A DNA stretch of 63,944 nt, counting the filler, from an uncultured bacterium (GTDB taxonomy: Bacteria > CAYJOG01), in the NCBI GenBank assembly GCA_964371695.1. It is 5 parts of 5 records of this genome, joined end to end, with 100 filler letters (N's around TTAATTAATTAA, not from the genome) between each part and the next. Parts side by side here need not be neighbours in the genome. Positions count along the whole stretch, not along the records: positions 40,743 to 54,151 come from CAYJOG010000032.1; positions 54,252 to 63,944 come from CAYJOG010000067.1; 3 more parts are not named here. One strand, 5' to 3'. The notes below the pieces were generated by a model, which was not told the DNA's origin, did not search any database, and worked only from the letters and a program-made list of their open reading frames with translations. The translations under genes and the position numbers were made by a program. This document shows positions 50,297 to 61,389 of this stretch, one piece after another. Position 1 is the first letter of the stretch; every line of letters begins with the position of its first letter.

Positions 50297-50775
50297 TTCA
50301 AGGAAAAATCATGCCCCTTTTGACCGTACTTGGCCCACAACACACCCCCAAACTGGTGTTTGACCCAGAGAAGGAAAGTTATGTCGCAGACCGCGCCGGC
50401 CTGATGTATCAGCAGGAACCCTATGGCGACGAAATGCCCGGCGTGAAGGGCCACGGCGTACACATTTTCGCCGCCGCCGCCGAGGGCGACGCGTTTCTCA
50501 CCGTGAAGGAAGACAACACGGTGCTCAAAGACCTGCGCCCGGCGGACTATGGCATTGACGGCGTGAACACGCTGGACGCCATTCTCATCAAGGCGGGGAC
50601 GGAACGGTGCACCATGCTGACGCCAACACCCGACATCATGGTGCTGGCCGGGCGCATCCGCGAGTTGGGGTTTGAGCCGGTGGCGCACATCAAGGGGATT
50701 TTTCAACCCGGTGGCCCGCAGAAAAATTACACCTTCAACCCCGACGCCACTGTGGAAACCCTTGGCGGGGCTTAA
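50293..50775 (+). CDS. Hypothetical protein
   Basis: ATGA overlap with GST; host-like codon usage. Confidence 0.7.
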   Translation: MIQGKIMPLLTVLGPQHTPKLVFDPEKESYVADRAGLMYQQEPYGDEMPGVKGHGVHIFAAAAEGDAFLTVKEDNTVLKDLRPADYGIDGVNTLDAILIKAGTERCTMLTPTPDIMVLAGRIRELGFEPVAHIKGIFQPGGPQKNYTFNPDATVETLGGA

Positions 50776-50780
50776 GCCCC

Positions 50781-51095
50781 GTGTTCCGGCTGATTCACCA
50801 CGTTCGCCCCCTCGACCAGCCCATGCGGGGTTTCATGGATGAACGGGGCGGGGCCTGTTATGGCTACACGCTGGCCGGAACACGTTACGACGTCTCCCGC
50901 CTGCTGCCCCTTCAAAATCCCATTCAGAACGACCGGGATTTTTTCACTTACCTGCTCATGGAGGCCCGAAGCCGGTTTTTCTGGCTGGATCAGCACATGC
51001 AGGAGGGCCTGGGTCAGGGCTGGGTGCTGCGGTGTGAGTTGCTGCCCCACTACGCCCCCACATTGTTTCTGGAGTTCCCCCGCCTGTTTGGATAG
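50781..51095 (+). CDS. Hypothetical protein
   Basis: 104-aa ORF continuing the operon. Confidence 0.6.
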   Translation: MFRLIHHVRPLDQPMRGFMDERGGACYGYTLAGTRYDVSRLLPLQNPIQNDRDFFTYLLMEARSRFFWLDQHMQEGLGQGWVLRCELLPHYAPTLFLEFPRLFG

Positions 51096-51121
51096 TTTGA
51101 AAGGTCATGCAGGGTTGATTG

Positions 51122-51180
51122 GTTTAGTTTGAAACTAAACAAATAATCTTTTTGACCTTTTGAGACGCCCCTGCTATATT
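51122..51180 (+). promoter_or_regulatory. ilvBN promoter with an upstream perfect palindrome
   Basis: GTTTAGTTT-G-AAACTAAAC (51122-51140); TTGACC-N17-TATATT. Confidence 0.6.
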
Positions 51181-51246
51181 TCTCATCAGGAACAGTCACG
51201 GGCCATGGGCAAAACACCCTGAAAATGGCCCACCAGGAGGCGTTTC

Positions 51247-52923
51247 ATGAAGATGTCCGGCGCAAAAGCCTTTGTCCGTTGCCTTGAAGAAGAAGGCGTG
51301 GATGTATTCTTTGGCCTGCCCGGCGGCGTGGTGCTGGGGCTTTATGACGCCCTTTATGACGCCAAGGTGCGCCATATTCTGGTGCGGCACGAGCAGGCCG
51401 GGGGGTTCATGGCTGAGGGTTACGCCAAAGCCAGCGGCAAGGTGGGTGTGTGCATGGGCACCAGCGGCCCCGGCGCCACCAACCTGCTCACCCCCCTGTG
51501 CGATGCCCACATGGACAGCGTGCCCACCGTGTTCCTCACCGGTCAGGTCAGCACCGGGGCCATCGGCACCGACGCCTTTCAGGAGGCCGACATCACCGGC
51601 ATGAGCCACCCATGCACCAAACACAACTATTTGGTGCGCCGGGTAGAGGAACTGCCCCGTGTGATGAAAGAGGCTTTTCACCTGGCCCGCACAGGCCGCC
51701 CCGGCCCCGTGCTGGTGGACCTGCCCAAAGACCTGAGTTTTCAGGACATCAATTTTGAATACCCCGACTCGGTGAACATTCCCAGCTACGAACCCCACCC
51801 CCCCGTGGACACCACCGCCATCAAAGAGGCCATGGACCTGTTTTTGAGCGCCCGGCGGCCTCTGATTTATGCGGGCGGCGGCGTGGTTTATTCCTTTGCC
51901 TCCGAGGAACTTTTTCAACTGGCCACCACCACCGGCGCGCCGGTGCTCAACACCCTCATGGGGCGGGGCAATTTTCCCGACGAACACCCCCAGTGCCTGG
52001 GCATGACCGGCATGCACGGCACCTATGCCGCCAACATGGCCATGGGCCACGCCGATGTGATTCTGGCCGTCGGCACCCGCTTTGACGACCGCGTGACCGG
52101 CGCGCTCGCAAAGTTCGCCCCCCAGGCCCAGTTCATTCATGTGGACATCGACCCCTCGGAAATCGGCAAAAACCGCATTCCCATCATGGGCATTCACGGC
52201 GACGCCAAACACGTGCTGGCCGAAATGAACCGCCACGCCAAAAGCATCGAATGCGAAGAGTGGATCAACACGGTGTTCCAGTGGCGGCTGGACCACCCCA
52301 CCACCTACAACAAAAAATCCAAAGCCCTGCTGAGCCAGTATGTGGTGGACAAAACCTGGGAGATCACCAAAGGCGACGCGGTGATTGCCACCGACGTGGG
52401 CCAGCACCAGATGTGGGCCAGCCTGTATTACAAGTTCAAGCGGCCCTTTCAGTGGGTGAGCAGCGGCGGCCTGGGCAGCATGGGGTTCGGGTTCCCTGCC
52501 GCTGTGGGGGCGCAACTCGCCAACCCCGGCACCCCCACCATCGCCATTTGCGGCGACGGCTCGGTCATCATGAACTGCCAGGATTTCATCACCGCCGTCA
52601 CCCACAAGATTCCGGTGAAGATTTTTGTCATCAACAACTTCTTTTTGGGCATGGTGCGCCAGTGGCAGGAGTTTTTCTTTGACCGCCGCTATAGCCACAG
52701 CGTGCTTTATGACAACCCCGATTTCGTCAAGGTGGCCCGCGCCTTTGGCATGGAGGGCGCGACGGTGAAAAACGCGTCGCAGGTGGAAGACGCCATCGAA
52801 AAAGCCCTCAAACACGACGGCCCCTATCTGATTGATTTCCATGTCGAGAAAGAAGGCAACGTGTTTCCCATGATTCCCGCAGGCGGCAGCCTGGAGGAAA
52901 TCATGGTGGAAACCAGGAGCTGA
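51247..52923 (+). CDS. ilvB: Acetolactate synthase large subunit
   Basis: FGLPGG, RHEQ, TSGPGATN, FQEAD, RFDDRVTG, GQHQMW, GDGS..N..LGMVRQWQ. Confidence 0.97.
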   Translation: MKMSGAKAFVRCLEEEGVDVFFGLPGGVVLGLYDALYDAKVRHILVRHEQAGGFMAEGYAKASGKVGVCMGTSGPGATNLLTPLCDAHMDSVPTVFLTGQVSTGAIGTDAFQEADITGMSHPCTKHNYLVRRVEELPRVMKEAFHLARTGRPGPVLVDLPKDLSFQDINFEYPDSVNIPSYEPHPPVDTTAIKEAMDLFLSARRPLIYAGGGVVYSFASEELFQLATTTGAPVLNTLMGRGNFPDEHPQCLGMTGMHGTYAANMAMGHADVILAVGTRFDDRVTGALAKFAPQAQFIHVDIDPSEIGKNRIPIMGIHGDAKHVLAEMNRHAKSIECEEWINTVFQWRLDHPTTYNKKSKALLSQYVVDKTWEITKGDAVIATDVGQHQMWASLYYKFKRPFQWVSSGGLGSMGFGFPAAVGAQLANPGTPTIAICGDGSVIMNCQDFITAVTHKIPVKIFVINNFFLGMVRQWQEFFFDRRYSHSVLYDNPDFVKVARAFGMEGATVKNASQVEDAIEKALKHDGPYLIDFHVEKEGNVFPMIPAGGSLEEIMVETRS

Positions 52924-52925
52924 TC

Positions 52926-53507
52926 ATGAGCAAAAAACTCCCCTACACCCAACCCCATCTGGGCACCGGCCTGAGCACCCCCCACCCCAATGGCCACTCT
53001 GCCAGCAGCCGCCGCAGCCGCAAACACACCCTGAGCGCCCTGGTGAACAACAAACCCGGCGTGCTCACCAAAATCGCGGGCCTCTACGCCCGGCGGGGAT
53101 ACAACATCGAGAGCCTCGCTGTCAGCCCCACCGAAAACGCCCAGCGCAGCCGCATGACCATTGTGGTGAACGCCGAAGACGAAACCGTCATCAGCCAGAT
53201 CACCCAGCAGATGGCCAAGCTCATTGACGTGCTGCACGTGACCGACCTCACCGAAGAAGCCATCGTGGAGCGGGAACTGGCCCTGCTGAAGGTGAAAGCC
53301 GACAGCGACAACCGGGCCGAAGTGGTGCAGATCTGCGATATTTTCCGCGCCAACATTGTGGACGTGAGCGAAAACAGCCTGATGGTGAGTGTGGTGGGCA
53401 CCGAAGACAAGGTGAACGCTCTGGAGAAGAATCTGGAGCGTTTCAGCCTGATTGAAGTGGTGCGCACCGGCAAAGTGGTTCTGCGGCGGGGCAGCGGGGA
53501 CACATAA
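52926..53507 (+). CDS. ilvN: Acetolactate synthase small subunit
   Basis: LVNNKPGVL..RRGYNIESL, ERELALLKV, EVVRTG. Confidence 0.95.
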   Translation: MSKKLPYTQPHLGTGLSTPHPNGHSASSRRSRKHTLSALVNNKPGVLTKIAGLYARRGYNIESLAVSPTENAQRSRMTIVVNAEDETVISQITQQMAKLIDVLHVTDLTEEAIVERELALLKVKADSDNRAEVVQICDIFRANIVDVSENSLMVSVVGTEDKVNALEKNLERFSLIEVVRTGKVVLRRGSGDT

Positions 53508-53567
53508 TCCGCCCAGACATGCCCAGGCCAGGGGTGTCACACACAAGAGCATTTTCTAGATTTGTGC

Positions 53568-53655
53568 GAGTAGGCGCGGTGTCCTCACCGCGCTAAAAAC
53601 GAAGCAAAATCAGGCATTTTTGCCCTTTGAAGCACTGGCGACACCGCCGCTACTC
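53568..53655. repeat. Inverted GAGTAG REP pair
   Basis: GAGTAGGCGCGGTG-TCCT-CACCGCGC ... GACACCGCCGCTACTC. Confidence 0.75.
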
Positions 53656-53698
53656 CCCGTCCATTTTCAGGCACGTCACAAAAAGTGAGACAAATCGC

Positions 53699-53754
53699 TT
53701 GACATGGCCGAAAAACGTGATACATTGCTTGTGTGACGCCAAAACGTCACACAA
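53699..53754 (+). promoter_or_regulatory. Promoter with a downstream 10-6-10 inverted repeat
   Basis: TTGACA-N16-TACATT; TTGTGTGACG-CCAAAA-CGTCACACAA. Confidence 0.55.
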
Positions 53755-53775
53755 ACCCAAAGGAGGCAATCAGCC

Positions 53776-54060
53776 ATGAGCATCATCTCAACCCTCTCCA
53801 AAACCGTGAACGACGTGGTGGACACCGTGACCGACGTTCAGAACACCATCCGCACCTCGGTGGGCGACAACGTGAAGAACCTGCTGGGCGAAGACAAAGT
53901 GGGCGACGTGGTGGACAACCTGGTGGAAATGGGCAACAGCATCAGCAGCAACGTGGGCGAAACCATCAAGAAGGTCTCCAGCCTCGTGGGCGAACAGGGT
54001 GACACCCTCATCAGCAAAGCCACCGGCGAGATCGAAAGCCACGACGACAACGAGGAATAA
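53776..54060 (+). CDS. Small acidic amphipathic-helix protein
   Basis: Strong AAGGAGG RBS, highly biased codons, no aromatic, Pro or Cys residues. Confidence 0.8.
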   Translation: MSIISTLSKTVNDVVDTVTDVQNTIRTSVGDNVKNLLGEDKVGDVVDNLVEMGNSISSNVGETIKKVSSLVGEQGDTLISKATGEIESHDDNEE

Positions 54061-54068
54061 TGCCATCA

Positions 54069-54151
54069 GAACCTGTTTTAAAAGTCCGTCTTGGACTTTT
54101 AAAACCCAACGCCTTCGGGGGGCAAAGCCCCCTTGGCGTGGCGAAAACCTG
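54069..54151. mobile_element. Family E MITE, truncated by the contig end
   Basis: TCA-GAACCTGTTTTAAAAGTCCGTC.. is a near reverse complement of 44383-44462. Confidence 0.85.
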
Positions 54152-54251
54152 NNNNNNNNNNNNNNNNNNNNNNNNNNNNNNNNNNNNNNNNNNNNTTAAT
54201 TAATTAANNNNNNNNNNNNNNNNNNNNNNNNNNNNNNNNNNNNNNNNNNNN
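54152..54251. other. Artificial contig linker
   Basis: N-TTAATTAATTAA-N. Confidence 0.98.
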
Positions 54252-57200
54252 GCCGCCTCTGTCGCCGTGATCGTCGGCGTCTGCGACGCACTCACCAGGC
54301 GGAAACTGCCAGCCGCCGAAGTGCCGACGCCCGCCACAAACGTAATGGCCTGACTGGCGGGGATGGTGGGGGAGCAACTGGTGGTGGTGGCCGCCGTGCT
54401 GGCGAAACTCACGGTTTTGACCCCGGCGTAGTTGTTGGGGCCGGAGTTGACGGTGTTGTCATATTGATCTCGCGCCGTGAGGGTGAGGGTGAACGTGGTG
54501 TCCACATTTTCGACACTGCCGTTTTGTGTGGCGATGAGAAAATCATTGGCCGCGCCCGGTTGCCACGTGACGGCGGTGGCGCTGCCGCTGGTGGTGGGGG
54601 TGGCGGATTCTGCCAGTTTGATGACCATGTCGGCCTCGCCGGTTTTGGTGTAACCCACCGTGACGGTGGCGATGCCCGCCGCCCACGCGCCAGAGGCCAG
54701 TGTGGCGGTGCAGTTGCCGTTGTCGGTGACGCCGGTGCCGCTGAAGGTGCATGTGCCCGCCGGGCCAACAGGCGCGGTCAGGGTGAGGTCTGCACCCTGG
54801 GCATAAAGGGTGTCGGTGGTTTCGGTGGTGTTCTTGGCCGTGATGGTGTAAATGACGGTGTTATCCACCGTTTCGGTGGCGCTGTCGGGCAGCACGGTGT
54901 AGTGGTCGGCAGATTCCGGTCCCCAGATGATGGTGACCGCGCCGTCCCGGTCGTTGGTTTCGCCGCCGTGCGCGCCGGTCCAACTGCCCATGGTCACGCT
55001 GCCGGTGCCGCTGGAGCCCTGGCTGTCCACGTTGCGTAGCGAGCCGGTGGCGAAATCCAGGCCATTCCACGTGGCGGTGTAGTTGGCGCGGTTCATGGTC
55101 ACGTCGTTGCCCGCCGCGTTGCCGTTGGTGAAGGAAATGTTATCAAACGCCGTGATGGTGCCGGAGTTGAGCAACAGGCCGCTGGCGTTGGCATAGCTGA
55201 AGTTCATGCTGGTGATGTTCAGAGTGGCGCCATTCACGTTGAAACCAAACCCGGCCACGGCAACAGCTTTTTTGGTGACCGTGCCGCCGGTGACGGTGGA
55301 CTGGAACGTGCCGCCCGAAAGCGTGGCCACGCACTGGTTGTGAAAGCGCAGTTGCTTGCCGTTGATATCAAAGGTGCCCGCCGAGAGGGTAAAGGTGCAG
55401 GCCCCGGTGGTGTAACCGATGTTCACGTCTGAAGAAAGCTGGACAATGCCCGCGCCGGATTTGGCGACGCTGAAGAAGTTGTTGCCAGCGGCCTGGGCGA
55501 TGGTTTTGGTGCCGCTTGCGGGGTTGAAGGTGATGGTGCCCGCGTTGGGCTGGAAGGTGCCCCCGGTGTCGTCCCAGTTGCCCGCCACGCTGGGGGAAAA
55601 TCCGCCCAGGCTGAGCGTGCCCGCCGAAACGGTGACATCGCCCGAAAAGGCGGTGGCGCCGCCCAGGATGACCGACCGGCCCGCCGCTGCGGCGTTGAGG
55701 CTGGCCATGGCGACATTGGGCAGGGTGATGTTGGCCCCGGTGTAGTTGATGAGCACGGTGCCCGTGGTGAAGGTGGGGGTGCCCCAGTTGGTGACGGGGC
55801 CGCTGATTTCCAGCGTGCCGGCAGAGGTGTTCATGTTCAGTGTGCCGCCTGCAAAGGTTGTGGTGCCGTTGAGGTCCAGCGTGCCGCCGGTGATGGTGGT
55901 GGTGCGCACCAGATTGGCGACGGGGGTGGTGGAAACCGTGCTGGTTTCCAGTTCGCCCAGCGTGATGAGCAGGGTGCTGGCCGCCGTGGGATTGATGACG
56001 TTGCCCGCCGCGCCCGTGATGGAAACCTTGATGCCTGCGCCGTTTACCTCGCAGGTGCCGCCGCTGATGGTGAGTTGGCGGGTGATGGTGGCGTTGGCGG
56101 TGAAGACGGCCTTGAATCCGACGCCTTTACCGCAGGTGACATTGCCCACATTGGTGAACGTGGGGATGTTGACGTTGGTGTTGCCGTCAAAACGCAACTC
56201 GCCGGTATCGCTGTCCACCTGGGTGAAGGTGCCCAGGCTGGTGATGGTGCTCGACGCGACATAAAGCGCGCCGTCGGCGTTGAAGTTGGTGGTGCCGCCG
56301 GTGAAGTTGGTGGCGTTGATGTCCAGAATGGCGTTTGCGGCATTGACGTTGAGCGTGCCGCCGGTGGCGTTGAACGTGGTGCCCGCAAAGGTGAGGGTGG
56401 AGGCCACGGTGTGGTTGAGTGTGCCCGCCATGGTAAAGGTGGTTCCGTTCAGCGTGAGCACCGTGCCGGTGTTGCCGTTGGTGAGTACGCCAGACGTGGA
56501 CACCGTGACGTCGCCTGTCACTGTGAGGTCGCTGCCGTCGTTCAGCACCAGGGTGCCGTCCAGCAAAAGCTGGTTGTTGAAGGTGTTGGTGTTGGCTCCG
56601 CTGGTGGGGTTGAAAGTGTGTCCCGCCACAATGCGCACGTTGAGCGTGCCCGCCCCGGTGATGCGCGGGCCGGTGGCGTTGGTGGTATAGGGCACGTCGG
56701 TGGCGTCGAGCGTGCCGCCGTTGTGGGCGGTGCGCACGTTGGCGGCGGTGAGCGCGCCGCCGGTGTCGTTGCGCAGCCGCAACTCGCCCGCCGCCAGATT
56801 CAGGTCGGTGGTGTTCACGCCGGTGGTTTTGGAGACGATGACGGCCTTTTGGGCGGAGTTGTCATAATACAGGGCGATCATGGCGTTGGGGGCCAGATCG
56901 GTGGGCTGGATGACCTGCGACCACGTGCCCGCCGCGCAGGGCATGGATGTGTAACCCGCCAGGGGCGCAGCACCGTTGATGGACAGCGAGATGTTGTTGC
57001 CCGTGTCGCATGTGCCGCTGAAGGTGAACGTGAGCGCCCAGTTGATGGTTGAGCCGCCGTCCACGTCCATGCTCTCGCACACCGCCGTGCTGGTGCTGCC
57101 GTTGCAGGTGGCGTCAATCACGTCAATGGTGCCGGTGGTGCCCGCCATGCTGGTGATGTTGGTGGTGGCCCCGGCAAAAGAAATGGTGCGGGCCGACCAC

Positions 57201-60200
57201 GAGCCGTTGCCCGAAATTTTCATATAGGTGGTGGTGCCGTTGGTGAAATTGACGCCGGAAAAGGAGGTGACCGTGCCCGACTGCCAGTTGAAACCATTGG
57301 CGTCGGCGCGGCTGAAGTTGAGGTTGGTCAGCGCCAGTGCGGAGCCATTCACCGTAAAGGCATAGGTGGCCCCCGCGCCGGTGCTGGTCACCGTGCCGCC
57401 GTTCTGCGAATAGAACGTGCCGCCGTTCAACAGCGCCTGCGAGCCGTTGGACATGGTGAGGGTGAAGGTGCTGAGGTTGAACGTGCCATTGGTGAGCGTG
57501 AAGGTGTTGGTGACGCCCACGTTGCCCGCCAGTGAGGCCGTGAAACCGGAGCCTGAAATTTGGAGGTTGCCGTAGCTGGTGGTGGCGTTGGGGGCATAAA
57601 TCACGCCGTCTTTGGTGGTGTAGATGTAACGCACCGTGCCAGTGCCCGCCGTGAAGGAGGTGGCCAGCTGGTTGGTGTTATAGGTGGTCGCGGCCAGTTC
57701 CAGCACACCCGCGCCGGTGAACTGCACCACTGTGCCCGCCGCGTCGGCGTTCCACGTGGTGCCAAAGGCGCGGAAGGTGCCCGCGTTGATCACCAGGGTG
57801 CCGTCCACCCGCACTTCCGAGGCTGAGTCGGTGGTGCCGATCCACCCGTCGGTGACGGTGAGGGTGGTGCCGCCCTGCACGTCGATTTCCTGGTTGCCGC
57901 TGGCGCCCGTGATGGTGAGCACGCCGCCGGTGACGATCTCTGCCGCGCCGGTGCGCAGTTCAAAGTCTTGCGCCACATTGGCGGTGGTGTTGAAAATTAT
58001 TTTGCCTGCGCCGGTTTTGCGGCCCTGGATGCTGGAGACGGTGTTGATGGCGGGGGCTGTGACGGTGCTGGTGCCCGTGAACCACAACTCGCCGCGGCCG
58101 TTGTTGTTGAGGGCGAAGGTGCCGAAGCTGGTGATGGTGTTGCATGAGACACGCACATCCGCGTCGGCGTCGTAGATGATCTGTGCGCCGGTGGCGTCAA
58201 AAGTGCAGGTGTCGCTGGTCATGCGGAAACTGGCGCTGCCCGCCGTCAAACGCAAAATACCCCCCGGCGCGATGGTGATGGTGTTGCCGCTGGTGGTCAT
58301 GAAGGAGTTCGCGCCAATGGAAAGCTCGCCGTCAATATAAAGGTTGGTGGCAAAAGTGCTGTCGTCTGCGTTGCCGGGAATCCACTTGGAGCCTGAAACG
58401 ATGCGCACGTTCAGGTTGCTGCTGGTCATGTTGTTGGCGGCGCTCATGACAAAATCAATGTCGGTGTCGGTGCCGTTGGCGTCGTCGGCGGTTTCCATTT
58501 GGATGTTGCTCCAGCCCACGCCGGTTTTGTCCACAATGCGCAACTCGCCCGCCACCAGGTCAATGCCCGACACGCCGGTGGCGTTGGGTTTGAGCAGTGT
58601 CACGGCCTTGGTGGCCCCGCCGTCATACCACAACGTGATGAGGTCGCCCACCTGCAGGTTGCCGGAGACCATGGAGAAGTAATAGGCGCTGGCGGCGCAC
58701 ACCACTGTGCCGCCGGTTGCCCCGCCGTTCACGGCCCAGGCCACGGTGTTGCCGTTGTCGCACGCGCCGGAAACGAAAGACGTGTCCGCCCAGGTGATGG
58801 TGGCCCCGCCGTCCACGTCCAGCCCCTCGCAGGTGGCGGCAGACTGCACGCCGTTGCAGGTGGCTCCGGAAATGGTGATGGTGCCGGTAGTGCCCCCCAG
58901 GCTCTGCACGTTGGTGGTGGCCCCGGTGAAGATCAGGCTGTCCGCCGCCCAGGTGCCGTTGCCGCTGATGGTCATGTAACGCCCGCCGCCGGGGGCGGTG
59001 TTGAAGGTGACGCCGCTCAGGTTGTCCACGTTGCCGCTTTGCCAGTTAAAGCCGCTGGCGTTGGCGTTGTTGAAGTTCATGCTGGTGATATCGAGGGCTG
59101 CGCCATTCACCAGCCAGCTGAAGTCCACGCCCGTGCCCGTCACGGTGCCGCCGCCATAAGATTTGAACGTGCCCGACGTGAGGCTGCCCGCTGCGCCGTT
59201 GTTCAGGTTCAGCGTGAAGCCCGCCAAGTCAAAAATGCCGTCGGTGAGGCTGAAGGTGCCGCCGTCCACCACAAGGTTGGCCTGGGGGGTGAGAGTGCTG
59301 GAGGCGCCGTCAATCGTGAGGTTGTAATAGGGATTGGCGGCGTCGGCCCGCACCACAATGGCTGCGGCGTCGTTCAGACGGGAAAAGGCCACCGTGCCGG
59401 TGCCCCGCGTGAAGGTGGTGGTGAGAATGTTTCCGGCAAAGGTGCTGGCCCCCACCATGAGGGTGCCGGGGCCGGTGAAGTTGATGGCCGCGCCGCCGCC
59501 GTTGCAGTCCCACGAAGAAAGGAGGGTGGCGTCAAACCGGCCCGTGGCCGCAGCCATATTCAGCGTGCCGTCAATGCGCACCTCTGCCGCTGCGTTGGTG
59601 GTGGTGACCGAGCCGGAGGTGACCTTGAGCGTGGCCCCGGCGGGGACATACACGTCGTCCGTGCCCGTGCCGCCCTGCACAATCACCGAGGCGCTGTTCA
59701 CGTCCATGATGCCGGTGGTGACCACCAGCTTGGTGCTGGCGGTGTAATAACCGGCGAAAGTGGCGGTTTGCCCCCCCGTGATGTTGACGTTGATGGTGCC
59801 CACGCCCAGGTCGCCGGGCACCGCGAAGCTGGCGGTCTGCCTCAGATTGACAATGCCGGTGCCGCCGGTGACCGTGCCCCAACTGGTGAGCGTGCCGCAA
59901 GTGAGTTGCAGTGTGCCGTTGGCGGTGAAGTTGAGCGTGCCGCCCGTGGCGTCGAAAGTGCATCCGGCGGCGGTGGTGACGAGGCTGGCTGTCGCGTTGT
60001 TGATCTCCAGGGTGCCCGAAACACGCACCGTGTTGGCGCCGCCGATGGTAAACACGTTGTTGTTGCCCAGGCGCAGGGTGCCGTCTACATAAAGGTCGCT
60101 GCTGAAAGCGGCGGTGTCGCCGTTTCCCACGTCCCAGATGTGGCCGGTCATCACGCGGATGCGCATGCCTGACGCGGTGATGTTGTTGCCCGCGTCGGAG

Positions 60201-60715
60201 ATGGTCACGTTGATGTCTGCGTCGGCGCCATTCACGTTGTCGGCATCGTCGAGTTGCACGTTGGTGATGCCGATGCCCCGCTCGTCTCGGATGCGGAACT
60301 CGTTGTCGGCGAAGTCCAGGTTGGTGATGTCTGCGCCGTTGGCCACAGTGACAATCACCGCGTCGGTGGCCATGCCGTCGTAATAAAGTGACAACACGTC
60401 ACCCACGGCCACCGTGGCCGCCGCCACAGTCAGACTCCAGACGCCCCCGGCGCAGTTGTTGGTGCCCAGCGAGGTGGTGCCGCCGCCGTCAACGGAATAT
60501 CCCCTCACGGTGTTGGCCCCGCTGCACGCCCCACTTAATGTGGCGGCCTGGGCGGTGGACATCCCCAGAAGACCCGTTATGCCCACCAGCATCAAAATCA
60601 GGGGACGGGACCCGGCCTTGATCTTGATAAGGGGTGGCGAAAAAGAGGTCTTTTTTGTCCTGAACAGGCGAAGAAAGCTGCTGAGGACAGCACGAAAAGG
60701 CAATAAGTAGCGCAT
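54252..60715 (-). CDS. Giant secreted Thr/Gly/Asn-rich beta-repeat surface protein (>2150 aa, 3'-truncated)
   Basis: AQA-A signal cleavage, beta-helix-like repeats, three large internal modules, then Ig-like units (TLTARDQYDN). Confidence 0.85.
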
Positions 60716-60728
60716 GAACGATTGTCTC

Positions 60729-60745
60729 AGCAAAAATGCTGCCAA
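60729..60745 (-). promoter_or_regulatory. sigma54 promoter for the giant protein
   Basis: TTGGC-AGCATTT-TTGCT. Confidence 0.6.
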
Positions 60746-60921
60746 CCTTAACAATTCATGCCCAATTGGCCTTGTGTGTGTTTTTGTGTGAATTCCCAAC
60801 GAACACGCTGGTTTTAGGGCTAAATCGTAGAAAACCAGAAAAAATTGTTATAAGTGAGGTGTAGTGGGTGTGTTAAAAGTATGACGGCGCTGGCAATGGC
60901 TTGCGGGGGGGCTTTGCCCGG

Positions 60922-61389
60922 TCAGCCCGCTTCAATCGTGATGATGGCCTCGTCAGTTTCCACCGTGTCGCCGGTGCTCTTGTGGACTTCCTTGACTGTG
61001 CCGCCCGCCTCGCTCAGCACTTCGTTTTCCATTTTCATGGCTTCGAGCACATAGAGCAGTTGCTGGGGTTCCACCTTGTCGCCGGGTTTCACGGCCACCC
61101 GCAGGATTTTGCCGGGCATGTTGGCCCGCGCCACCGTGCGGCTTTCTTCGCCCTCGGCCCCCTTGGGCCGCTTGATGGGCAGCACGCGGCTCAGCTTCAC
61201 GTCGAACAGCTCGTTGTCGATGTTCACCAGCCGTTTTCCGATGAGGTCATAAAACACGTTGTGGCCGTTGATCACCGCCAGATGGGGCGACAGCACCTGC
61301 ACGTCCACCGGCTCGCCGTTCACCCGCAGGCCGTCGTGGCGCACCTCCACTTCATATTCCGCGCCGCTCACGTTCACCAGATATTTCAT
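60922..61389 (-). CDS. Biotin carboxyl carrier protein
   Basis: MPGKIL.V.VKPGD.V, LEAMKMENE. Confidence 0.93.
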   Translation of the reverse strand: MKYLVNVSGAEYEVEVRHDGLRVNGEPVDVQVLSPHLAVINGHNVFYDLIGKRLVNIDNELFDVKLSRVLPIKRPKGAEGEESRTVARANMPGKILRVAVKPGDKVEPQQLLYVLEAMKMENEVLSEAGGTVKEVHKSTGDTVETDEAIITIEAG

